Origin: Candidatus Pacearchaeota archaeon
GTDB taxonomy: Archaea > Nanobdellota > Nanobdellia > Pacearchaeales > GW2011-AR1
Length of the DNA stretch: 64,000 nucleotides
Reading direction: 5' to 3'
Assembly (NCBI GenBank): GCA_016188895.1
Contig: JACPGZ010000017.1
Coordinates: forward strand, 2,538-66,537
The stretch's first letter is position 1; each line of letters opens with the position of its first letter. The position numbers and the translations under genes were made by a program. Positions 44,296 to 52,487 of the stretch are shown here, piece after piece. Under the pieces are notes generated by a model. That model had not been told where the DNA came from. It ran no database searches and saw only the letters and a list, made by a program, of their open reading frames with translations.

Positions 44296-44941
44296 TAACT
44301 ATTTCGTCTTTGTCTTGCATAATATAATTCTCAAATTCTGTGTTTTCTTCTCCACCAACATACATCTTTAATTCACCTTTGTCTGTGCAATAATCAAAAA
44401 TACATGAAGAACTAAACTGCTTATCCCACACATAAAAGAAATATCCTAAAGTAAGTGTTTCTGGTTTTTTGCTTGGATTATTATTTTCTAAGTGTATAGT
44501 GCCATCGCTCTCATGTGTATGAGTTGGGGACATTCTCATTCCGCTAAGACCTGTATCTATAATTTTTCCAATAGTAATTCCTATTCCTACAGGAATTAGT
44601 TGTTCATCTCCGTCAATAATAATCTTTAATTTTGGATGCCAATGCACTGCCCCTTGAGGAATCTTCTGGAGACTTTCATTAGATAAGATTATATTAAGTC
44701 CGTCATTATTGTTATTTGAAGTTTTATCTTTTCGCACAAGATATACTCCAAAAATAATGAGTATTATAACAATGGCAATTATCCAATTTCTTATCTTCTT
44801 TTTGTTTTGCGGAAAAAGTGAAGTTGATGGTTTAATGGATTGTTTTGTATCTCCATAATGTTTTGCTTTATTATGCATTGCTAAAGCATCTGCTGTTGAA
44901 AATTCTCGATTATTGCATTTTTCACATTTATAATCTGCCAT
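44273..44941 (-). CDS. membrane protein: N-terminal C2H2 zinc finger, one TM, extracytoplasmic His-rich (HxH) domain
   Basis: YKCEKCNNREFSTADALAMHNKAKH (C2H2). TM NWIIAIVIILIIFGVYLV. AVHWHPKLKIIIDG...MSPTHTHESDGTIHLE...LGYFFYVWD. Confidence 0.45.
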   Translation of the reverse strand: MADYKCEKCNNREFSTADALAMHNKAKHYGDTKQSIKPSTSLFPQNKKKIRNWIIAIVIILIIFGVYLVRKDKTSNNNNDGLNIILSNESLQKIPQGAVHWHPKLKIIIDGDEQLIPVGIGITIGKIIDTGLSGMRMSPTHTHESDGTIHLENNNPSKKPETLTLGYFFYVWDKQFSSSCIFDYCTDKGELKMYVGGEENTEFENYIMQDKDEIVIEYESRG

Positions 44942-44943
44942 TT

Positions 44944-45417
44944 TTATGATGTATCTACATTAGTACCATATGGATGAATTAATTTCCATCCCTGAATGAT
45001 ATCTCCTTGCCTGAATTTAAGTGTAAATTTATCGCTAAATTGTCTTTTGCTTCCTTCGCTAAGAATAAATTCAACTGAATATTCAACTGATGCTGTTTCT
45101 CCATCATTTGAAATCTCTTTTATATTTATGACATTGATATTATCTATTCCTTGCAAGGCTGCAAAATTCCTAAATGTGGCTAAATCTTTAGCATTAGGGT
45201 CAAGCTTTTTGAAGCCATCTGAAAAAGTTGCGTACATATTTGCGTAATCCTTATTATTCCATGCTGTGAAATACTGCCTTACAACTTCTTCTGGTGATGG
45301 AAATGTATATGATTCTTGCTGGAGCTTCTTATTTCTTATTGTTACAAAAATGACGCCTAAAACAAAAATAATCATTATAATTATTAATCCAAAATACATT
45401 ATTTTTTTATTGAGCAT
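44944..45417 (-). CDS. NTF2/SnoaL-like domain protein with N-terminal TM anchor
   Basis: VRQYFTAWNNKDYANMYATFSD is an NTF2-like signature. Confidence 0.45.
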   Translation of the reverse strand: MLNKKIMYFGLIIIMIIFVLGVIFVTIRNKKLQQESYTFPSPEEVVRQYFTAWNNKDYANMYATFSDGFKKLDPNAKDLATFRNFAALQGIDNINVINIKEISNDGETASVEYSVEFILSEGSKRQFSDKFTLKFRQGDIIQGWKLIHPYGTNVDTS

Positions 45418-46531
45418 TATCTTCTACTACTTGGTTAGTAGCTAAATTTTTGTAAGTTCCTATAACCTCTGGACTCCGCATAACAAACCATCCATCACTC
45501 TCTACACTGCCAACATCATCCCATGCATTTACAAATGAGATATATACAGATGCGTCTGGCGAAACAATGATTATTGGAACTTTTGTTATTTTATATTTAG
45601 AAATTAACTCCTTGCCTTCTTTTGATGTTATATCATATGTATTTTCTTTATCTATATACATTCCAAATCTAAGAAGTATTTGTTTATTTATTGAGAGATC
45701 ATAACATTGTTGGCATGAACTATCTTTTAGCATTATTAATTCAACAAGCCCTGATATTTCGCCTGATGTTAGATTTCTATATGGAGGAACTGTAGAATGG
45801 ATTGCATAGAATCCATTTTTTTCTCTTGCATTTAGTTGAATTAGTAGTTGCTGTATGCTTGGATAGAAATTAATGTCTTGAGATATTAAAATAGCTGGGA
45901 CATGTTTTATATCAAATTTTTGGATAAGCTCTTGTCCTTCTTGCGAATTATATTCAACAAATCTCTCTTCTTTTACAAAAACACCTCCTTGTTTCAAACT
46001 CTCTGAAAATCCTGTTAGTGAAATACATTCTTTGCAAGAAGAATCAATAACATTAGTAATAGATACCTCGCCAACAATCTTATCAAGGGCATTATCATAA
46101 TAAGGTGGGCTTATTGATGTATATATTACGACATCTTCTTTTACATCGCCAATCTCATGCATATAGTTCATAACTTGCTCTTTATTAATCTCTCCGTTTA
46201 TAATTATTGTTGGCAATTTTTCAATAGAATATTTTTCTATCAGCTCTTGTCCTTCTAGAGAATTAATCTCAATTTCTTGCTCTTTTGTTATCTTAACATT
46301 TTGCTTTTTAAGGTCATTCAGTGCATTTTCAACATCATAGCAATTAGCGCAATCTGATAATAATTTTATTACTTCTAATTCAGCTGGTTTACTTTGTTCT
46401 TCTGCAATCTCTTTAGAATCTTTAACCTTGCTTATTCGTGATTGAAGTATAAAAACATTAATTACAGAGAATAAAACAACAAATATCATCACAACATGCA
46501 AGTATCTACTAATAAAGTTTTCTTTCTCCAT
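45407..46531 (-). CDS. membrane-anchored protein with three tandem thioredoxin/glutaredoxin-like domains (CxxC x3)
   Basis: Three ~110-aa repeats, each with CxxC (CANC, CKEC, CQQC) and a cis-Pro-like motif (KLPTII, HVPAIL, KVPIII). N-terminal TM. Confidence 0.55.
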   Translation of the reverse strand: MEKENFISRYLHVVMIFVVLFSVINVFILQSRISKVKDSKEIAEEQSKPAELEVIKLLSDCANCYDVENALNDLKKQNVKITKEQEIEINSLEGQELIEKYSIEKLPTIIINGEINKEQVMNYMHEIGDVKEDVVIYTSISPPYYDNALDKIVGEVSITNVIDSSCKECISLTGFSESLKQGGVFVKEERFVEYNSQEGQELIQKFDIKHVPAILISQDINFYPSIQQLLIQLNAREKNGFYAIHSTVPPYRNLTSGEISGLVELIMLKDSSCQQCYDLSINKQILLRFGMYIDKENTYDITSKEGKELISKYKITKVPIIIVSPDASVYISFVNAWDDVGSVESDGWFVMRSPEVIGTYKNLATNQVVEDNAQ

Positions 46532-46544
46532 CTTTTATATTAAA

Positions 46545-46751
46545 TCAGCACCCGCCAACCATTGATGGAAGACTCTGCAGGTTTGTTGGAACTGACTGGC
46601 TTGCGCCAGAGCTTGATGGTGCTGACGAGCTAGGACTGCTTGAAACTACAACCTTTGCGCTACTAAGACTCACTAACTGGATTGTTTGTATTGCTGTGGC
46701 TAAAAGCAATATACCAATCAAAGCAATCATCAATAGTTCTTTTCTTTCCAT
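46545..46751 (-). CDS. small signal/TM peptide with Ser/Pro-rich tail ending in GGC
   Basis: MERKELLMIALIGILLLATAIQ...SSPSSSAPSSSGAS...SMVGGC-stop. Confidence 0.35.
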   Translation of the reverse strand: MERKELLMIALIGILLLATAIQTIQLVSLSSAKVVVSSSPSSSAPSSSGASQSVPTNLQSLPSMVGGC

Positions 46752-46776
46752 TTTTGACCTCCTATAAATTTAGATA

Positions 46777-47547
46777 TCATACTAGAGCCTCCTGTATAAT
46801 TCTTTCAATTGTGCCTTTTGGATACCATAATGCATACCATCTCGCCATCTCGCCATAAATCTCTTCATCAGAATATTTATCTCCATAATTTTTAATAAAC
46901 CATTTCGCCATGCCTTGTGCTGCAATTGAGTGAGCACATCCGCAGTGTGTTATGATTGTTGGGTTTTTTGGAGAGCCGCAGCAATAATCACATGTAAATG
47001 AGTTTACTATCCTGTTCCATCTTTCTTGTTCTGAAGAGCTTAATTGCAATGAGCGATAAGTTCCCCAGTTCTTTTGAGAGGTAATTGGATCATCAAATGA
47101 TACTTGCGCTTCTTGTCCGTAAAATGGAGTGCCTGTTGGAACAACATTATTTAGCAAATCTTGGACAGAATCGCCTGTTGATGGTGTTGTTGATAACTCA
47201 CTTATTGTTGGGATTGGTTTTACCTTGCTTTTATATCCTGATATAGCTGGCTCTTCGCCCTGTGCAAGAGGCATTGGCTTTAATGTGATTTTTGAGCCAT
47301 ATTCAAACTTTCCTAGATTGACAGTTCCTCCAATAATTCCAGAGGCATATGCCCTTGGTATTAAAAGCTGATTTATAAAAAGCAAGATAGTCAAAATAAC
47401 CACTCCAGCTAAAATATAATTATTTCTAAATAAAAATGGTTCTGTATCTTGCGATACCCTATGGAATGGGCTCGTGCTCTGTGTTTCCGATGCCCTACGG
47501 AGTGGGCTTTCTTCCATTTTTTCTTCTTTTGTTATGTTGTTTTCCAT
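46777..47547 (-). CDS. membrane-anchored protein with C-terminal CxxCC...HCxCxH cluster; N-terminus encoded by the dispersed repeat
   Basis: FTCDYCCGSPKNPTIITHCGCAHS. N-terminal ...ESPLRRASETQSTSPFHRVSQ comes from the repeat. TM ILAGVVILTILLF. Confidence 0.45.
   Translation of the reverse strand: MENNITKEEKMEESPLRRASETQSTSPFHRVSQDTEPFLFRNNYILAGVVILTILLFINQLLIPRAYASGIIGGTVNLGKFEYGSKITLKPMPLAQGEEPAISGYKSKVKPIPTISELSTTPSTGDSVQDLLNNVVPTGTPFYGQEAQVSFDDPITSQKNWGTYRSLQLSSSEQERWNRIVNSFTCDYCCGSPKNPTIITHCGCAHSIAAQGMAKWFIKNYGDKYSDEEIYGEMARWYALWYPKGTIERIIQEALV
47457..47507 (-). repeat. dispersed repeat copy (two units, minus orientation) inside the 5' end of the 46777..47547 gene
   Basis: Reverse complement cccactccgtagggcatcggaaacacagagcacgagcccattccatagg. 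It is translated as ESPLRRASETQSTSPFHRVSQ. Confidence 0.85.
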
Positions 47548-47548
47548 T

Positions 47549-48103
47549 TTACTTGTTTAGTATATTGCAAGCCTCGCAGTGCCCTGTATAAATACTTTCT
47601 GCTTTAAGGAATAAGGCAAGCCCTAATAATCCTATTGATGATATCTTGAAAACAGATGAGTATTGGGTTAAGAAAGATGTTGGAATATTAAGAAGGGTAG
47701 AGCCAAGTGCAACAACCACAATTCCTTGGCAAACAGGGCATATTGCTCCAAAAAATCCAGCTAATCCTCCGCCAAATCCACCAATAGATGATATAGAAGA
47801 TGAGCGAGTAATATTTTTCTTTTCATATATGAAAAGAACTATGAGAATAGATGCAAATATTGTTATTGCTGCAATAAACACATAATCAAATATACTGACA
47901 GCTGACATCCTGCTAATTCCAAAATCTATGACAGGGATTCTCCATAAACCATATAAAAAGGAGTATGATACTAGAAAAATTAAGATAGTGATGAGCAGAT
48001 TTTTCCTGTGTTGCTTCTCATTCAAAATACTAATAGCATGTTTTATTGCTCCTTCTCCTTTAAATTTGTCTTTCATTTTCTTTTGTTTGTTTTCAATAGC
48101 CAT
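47549..48103 (-). CDS. CPxC-motif multi-TM protein, paralog A
   Basis: GGFGGGLAGFFGAICPVCQGIVVVALGSTLL in a TM helix, C-terminal HCEAC. Confidence 0.45.
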   Translation of the reverse strand: MAIENKQKKMKDKFKGEGAIKHAISILNEKQHRKNLLITILIFLVSYSFLYGLWRIPVIDFGISRMSAVSIFDYVFIAAITIFASILIVLFIYEKKNITRSSSISSIGGFGGGLAGFFGAICPVCQGIVVVALGSTLLNIPTSFLTQYSSVFKISSIGLLGLALFLKAESIYTGHCEACNILNK

Positions 48104-48576
48104 ATTATTATTGCTATAACAACGAGGATTATTAGTATTAATACAAGCAAGACTATAGGATTATTATAATTTGCTCCTTGTTGATTAAACATGCCTTCCA
48201 TCATGCCACTAGAACCTATCATCCCTCTGTTCATCATCATGCTCATCATTCCTGTGCTCATTGCATCATGCTCTCCGCAATAAAATGCCTTGCCCATGCT
48301 GACATGAATTTGTTTCAAACTTGCTGATCCCTCGCCCCCCATCATCTCGTCCATCTGCTCATGTAACTCGCCAGGATGCATCTGCTCCATGTAATACTCG
48401 CCAATTACTTCGAGCTGATCGTCTGTGAGCTGGTTGCATTGAATTTTGCTCTTAATTAACTCTTCTGCCTTTGCAAAATCTTCTTCGCCATGAGCGCTTA
48501 CAATTGCAATTCCTATTAAGAAGATTGCAATAAATACACCTATTTTTGCTTTCATTTTATTCTTATGTTTTATCAT
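48073..48576 (-). CDS. Met-rich secreted/membrane-anchored protein, paralog 2
   Basis: Same architecture as the 33474 gene. Central 56 codons nearly identical at the DNA level. Confidence 0.6.
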   Translation of the reverse strand: MIKHKNKMKAKIGVFIAIFLIGIAIVSAHGEEDFAKAEELIKSKIQCNQLTDDQLEVIGEYYMEQMHPGELHEQMDEMMGGEGSASLKQIHVSMGKAFYCGEHDAMSTGMMSMMMNRGMIGSSGMMEGMFNQQGANYNNPIVLLVLILIILVVIAIIIWLLKTNKRK

Positions 48577-48716
48577 ATTACTATTTTAAATATTAATAAA
48601 TATCTATATATAACTTTTAGGGTTGAAACCATCATAGCTAAAAGGCTTAAAAACCTTGTATATGCAGAAAGGAACGTTTATAAGCCAAATTAATTAATAA
48701 GTTAATTAGTATTTTG

Positions 48717-49223
48717 TTAAAAATTCTCTAAAAAATGCAATGTATAGGTTTTTCCTTTTTTTATTCTTTTAACAAGTTTTTTCTTTTCAAGTTGAGTTAC
48801 AATCTGGCTTGTTTTTGCTTTTGATAAATCAATGCGCAATTTTAATGTATTCTGGGTTATACCATCTTGCTCTCTAATTGATTTTAATGCTTTTTTTTCA
48901 TATTCATCAAGCCCTTTTGAAAGTATAGAGAATTTTTCCTCGCTAAGTTTTTTATTTTTATCATCTTCAAGTCTCTTCAAAATGCTTTCTTCTCCTTTAG
49001 AAAAGAACACAAGATAAATGCCAAGTGAAAGCAGGAATGCTAGTATGCCTATTACTGCATTTGATAATGTAAAGTAGTTTTGTATTCTTATACATTGAGA
49101 ATTTTGAGGAAAACATCCTGAATTGGTGCCGAGTACATTGAGTCTGCTTATAATGCCAATTATAATAATCCCGAGAAGAACACTAAGGATAATAAGTGCT
49201 ATACCTAACCTTTTATTTAGCAT
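48717..49223 (-). CDS. membrane-anchored winged-helix (MarR-like) transcription regulator
   Basis: Two N-terminal TM helices with a CxxxxxxC loop, then ...ALKSIREQDGITQNTLKLRIDLSKAKTSQIVTQLEKKKLVKRIKKGKTYTLHF (wHTH). Confidence 0.5.
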   Translation of the reverse strand: MLNKRLGIALIILSVLLGIIIIGIISRLNVLGTNSGCFPQNSQCIRIQNYFTLSNAVIGILAFLLSLGIYLVFFSKGEESILKRLEDDKNKKLSEEKFSILSKGLDEYEKKALKSIREQDGITQNTLKLRIDLSKAKTSQIVTQLEKKKLVKRIKKGKTYTLHFLENF

Positions 49224-49522
49224 TTACTTAGATTAATTATCAAAATATATAAACTTTATGCAATTATGTTTGTTGAACAGTAATGATACCATGTTGTTCA
49301 TTTCAATTGAGTTTGAGTTTTACTTGGGGGTCGCTGTCAGGTGGCTCCGCCACATATTGCCTCACTTCGTGAGAAATTATGTTTGAATAGCATGCTTTGT
49401 GATTTCAATATTGCAGCTATGATGCTCCTTGCACCACTTTTTTCATTTTTCTGCCCATCCTTTTTCTTTGTATGCAAAATTACATTCAGGATAGGTATAC
49501 AATTTGTTTTTTGTGACTTTGG

Positions 49523-50038
49523 TCATTTACACCACCTACATTTATTCTCTATAGATTTTGAAGTAGTGTATATAGATAGTATAATCAATGCAATTGCCAA
49601 CAAGAGAATCGGTGTTCTATATTCAACTATGAATGTTGTTGCAGTGCTTCCTATAACAGCCGCGATAATTACAAGGCAAGCAGGACAACCTGCAACCGCG
49701 CCTAATCCGCCAAAAAATCCGCTGGATATGCTGCCACCTGCCTCAACTATTGGTATTGGTTGAGCTTTATTTGTCTTAATTTCTTTTCGCAGATAAAGCT
49801 GCATGGCTATCCACATACCAAATAAAATTGTTAGTAGAATAATGAGGGTAACTTGTAAGGAACTGTTGGATAATACCGATTTAATCATCCCTATATCAGT
49901 AAGGATCTTCGGAGTGATAAAAGAAAATGAAATAATATACAGTGATAGCATTACCAATGCCGAGAATACAGCTATAAAGAAATATCTCCTTTTAGATAAG
50001 ACAATATACATGACTTTCAATATATTTATCTCTTTCAT
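49523..50038 (-). CDS. CPxC-motif multi-TM protein, paralog B
   Basis: SGFFGGLGAVAGCPACLVIIAAVIGST and C-terminal CRWCK. Paralog of the 47549 gene. Confidence 0.45.
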   Translation of the reverse strand: MKEINILKVMYIVLSKRRYFFIAVFSALVMLSLYIISFSFITPKILTDIGMIKSVLSNSSLQVTLIILLTILFGMWIAMQLYLRKEIKTNKAQPIPIVEAGGSISSGFFGGLGAVAGCPACLVIIAAVIGSTATTFIVEYRTPILLLAIALIILSIYTTSKSIENKCRWCK

Positions 50039-50060
50039 ATTCTCATATTCATCATTCTAC

Positions 50061-50204
50061 CTTAAGCAAGTTCTTTTAATAGTAATTTTCGTGCTTCTGG
50101 AGAAAGCAGCTTCTTCAACTCTTTTGTACAAATGCAAATACAACATTCGCAACAAGGGCATTTTCCAAAATTGCAGCATGGTTCTCTTTTCTCTTTCTTT
50201 TCAT
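50061..50204 (-). CDS. metallothionein-like Cys-rich small protein (47 aa)
   Basis: MKRKRKENHAAILEKCPCCECCICICTKELKKLLSPEARKLLLKELA. RBS GGAGGT upstream. An ATG 4 nt upstream in another frame gives MNEKKEKREPCCNFGK... which would join this frame if the A5 run were A4. Confidence 0.4.
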
Positions 50205-50277
50205 TCATTTTCTTTACCTCCCTTATAATAGTATATTTTATATACTTAATGAATTATATAAACTAGGCAGTTTCCAA

Positions 50278-50634
50278 ATGGTAAGCATAATAACAACAGA
50301 CGAAAATTGTAAAATGAAATCTGATAGTGGCCATTGCCCCAGACCGTTAGAATCTGTTTCTGATTTTCTCAGTAAGAAATGGGCAATCTCTATTATAATA
50401 ACTATAGGTAATTTTGGTAAATTAAGATTTAATAACATCATAGCAAGACTTGAAAATGCTACTCCAAAAATTCTTACCGAACGCTTGAAAGAATTAGGAA
50501 AAAATGGCATAATTCAACGGCGTTATTATAATGAGATACCTCCGAAAGTAGAATACTCTCTGACAAAGGTTGGAAAAGATTTAATGAATTCTCTTCGTCC
50601 TCTAATTAATTGGGCTGAGAAGAGAATTAAATAA
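50278..50634 (+). CDS. HxlR-family transcriptional regulator
   Basis: CP...SVSDFLSKKWAISIIITIGNFGKLRFNNIIARLENATPKILTERLKELGKNGIIQRRYYNEIPPKVEYSLTKVGKDL. Confidence 0.7.
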   Translation: MVSIITTDENCKMKSDSGHCPRPLESVSDFLSKKWAISIIITIGNFGKLRFNNIIARLENATPKILTERLKELGKNGIIQRRYYNEIPPKVEYSLTKVGKDLMNSLRPLINWAEKRIK

Positions 50635-50670
50635 TCAATAAATTTAAATTAGCAAAATATATACCTTTTT

Positions 50671-51336
50671 ATGCATAAAGAAGCCGGAGTTGAAGATTAC
50701 TTAAAAGACATTGCTGGTCACAGGATTCTTACCAGAGATGAGGAGATTGAACTAACAAATAAGATTAGAAATGGCGATAATTATGCAAGAGAAACAATGA
50801 TTAATTCTAATCTTAAATTAGTGTTTAGTATTGCAAAACATTATGCACACAGAAAGATTGGATTAAATGATGCAATTGAAGAAGGCAACAAAGGCTTGAT
50901 TAAAGCTGTTGAGAGATTTGATCCCAGCAGAGGATATAAATTTTCTACATATGCTACATATTGGATTAGACAAGCTATAGAAAGGGTGTTAGGGCAGGAA
51001 GAAAAAAGGCTTAAAAGATTAGAGTTTATTTTTTATAATATGGAAGATAAGAATAACTTTGTAGACAGCATAGCTGATAATTCTCAAAGCCATGAAGAAG
51101 AGTTATTGAAAAATGAAAGATATTCTATATTAGAAGATTTGATGAATATGCTTGATGACAGAGCCAGGACAATTATTGAAATGAGATACGGACTTAATGG
51201 CTACCATCCTATGTCGCTTGTTGAGATTGGAAAGAGAATATATTTATCTAGGGAGAGAGTAAGACTAATTCAATATGAAGCTGAGCAAAAATTGAGGGGA
51301 ATTGCTAAAAATAGGGGTTTATCTGATATTGTTTAG
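50671..51336 (+). CDS. bacterial-type sigma-70 family RNA polymerase sigma factor (regions 1.2/2 and 4 only)
   Basis: Region 2: [39 protein letters not shown] (compare E. coli RpoD [39 protein letters not shown]). Region 4.2: [28 protein letters not shown]. Confidence 0.75.
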   Translation: [221 protein letters not shown]

Positions 51337-51435
51337 CAAGCGATAAATTTAAATATCTGCATGAATTTTTCATGTCATGAAAAAAGGCAAACATCCTAAA
51401 GGTGGACATCATAAGAAAAAGGGGAAGAAGGAAAG

Positions 51436-52239
51436 CTATGAGAAAAAAGAAGAGACGGAATCTGGTGATGCAATGATGTCTTCTGGCGAAGATATGTAAC
51501 CGGGAATAAAGGTTAAATTATCTGGGCTGAATTTTGAAATATCCTTCAAGTCTAGTGGTGTAACTATTCTTGATGACAAAGAATTAAGTGTATATGGCAA
51601 TCGTATCAGATGGATTCTGCCATGACTAACCCATGGATCAATTGCAAATTTTTTATATTTCTTGTTCAAAGAATTGCGCTGTTTTAATGTCAGGTAATAA
51701 GCATTCTTGTCAAGAACATGAACGTGAGCGCCTCTTCCTGAAAATACAACTTTAACATCGCTGAATTGTTTTTTCAGTTCAAGATAAAAATTATATGTGT
51801 TCTGTATTGCAATTTTTGAGCATGCCTCACAAAAATCATGTGCAGATTTTTTTGCGCATTCCTTGCATTTAATGTTTTCAGGGTCAATGTCAAAAACCAA
51901 TTCCTGGCCAAGATAATTAGTTGACAGATGTGCTTTCTTGAAATCAAAATTTTTAATACATAGATTAGCATCTTTGTATATGTCTCTGTCATAATAGACA
52001 TCTTCTGGCAGATAAAAAATCAATTTTTTCCTAAGCTCTTTTAAAGATAGATTCGGCTTGAAATAAATTAATTTTCCTTTTTTTGATTTGTCTTTGATAA
52101 TTCCAGAGTCTGTTCCGCAGTCAATTGCAAAAAAGCATGGCTTAAATGGAAGCTGATTTAACCATGATTCAACTTTTTTAATATCAAACTCCTTTTCATA
52201 GAATTCTTTTCTCTCTTGAAGAGTTGCTGGGCGGAACAT
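51436..52239 (-). CDS. priS: DNA primase small subunit PriS (archaeo-eukaryotic primase)
   Basis: AEP motifs LVFDIDPE (DxD) and SGRGAHVHV. Zn knuckle CKECAKKSAHDFCEAC. Confidence 0.7.
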   Translation of the reverse strand: MFRPATLQERKEFYEKEFDIKKVESWLNQLPFKPCFFAIDCGTDSGIIKDKSKKGKLIYFKPNLSLKELRKKLIFYLPEDVYYDRDIYKDANLCIKNFDFKKAHLSTNYLGQELVFDIDPENIKCKECAKKSAHDFCEACSKIAIQNTYNFYLELKKQFSDVKVVFSGRGAHVHVLDKNAYYLTLKQRNSLNKKYKKFAIDPWVSHGRIHLIRLPYTLNSLSSRIVTPLDLKDISKFSPDNLTFIPGYISSPEDIIASPDSVSSFFS

Positions 52240-52277
52240 AAAATTAGATGTTGTAATGGTTTAAAATGATTTTGGAT

Positions 52278-52427
52278 TTAACCCAATTTATCAAGAAACA
52301 GCTGCAATATTCCAAATAAGATAAGATAAAAGCCAATTGCAAGCCTTATGAGCTTTGGCCAGATTAAAATCAAAATTCCTATAATTATTGCTAAAACAGC
52401 AGATATTGTTAAGACTATGGTTGGCAT
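52278..52427 (-). CDS. small 2-TM membrane protein (49 aa)
   Basis: MPTIVLTISAVLAIIIGILILIWPKLIRLAIGFYLILFGILQLFLDKLG. Confidence 0.3.
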   Translation of the reverse strand: MPTIVLTISAVLAIIIGILILIWPKLIRLAIGFYLILFGILQLFLDKLG

Positions 52428-52487
52428 GAATGCTAATGGGAGAAGGGATTTATAAAATTATGTAACAACTTTTGAATGCTTTTAATT

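Noticed and set aside
49341-49763. 140-aa plus-strand ORF from the track
   Set aside because: It overlaps the minus-strand CPxC membrane gene (49523-50038), which has a clear paralog, and its composition looks like an out-of-frame translation.
50671-51336. Sigma factor explained as bacterial contamination or a chimeric contig
   Set aside because: The gene is flanked on both sides by archaeal-type genes in continuous sequence (PriS primase at 51436, ribosomal/RNAP clusters upstream) with no composition break visible. It still needs coverage-based confirmation.
51377-51499. 40-aa Lys/His-rich plus-strand ORF (MKKGKHPKGGHHKKKGKK...)
   Set aside because: It overlaps the 3' end of the convergent PriS gene by ~60 nt, is low-complexity, and has no RBS-like sequence.
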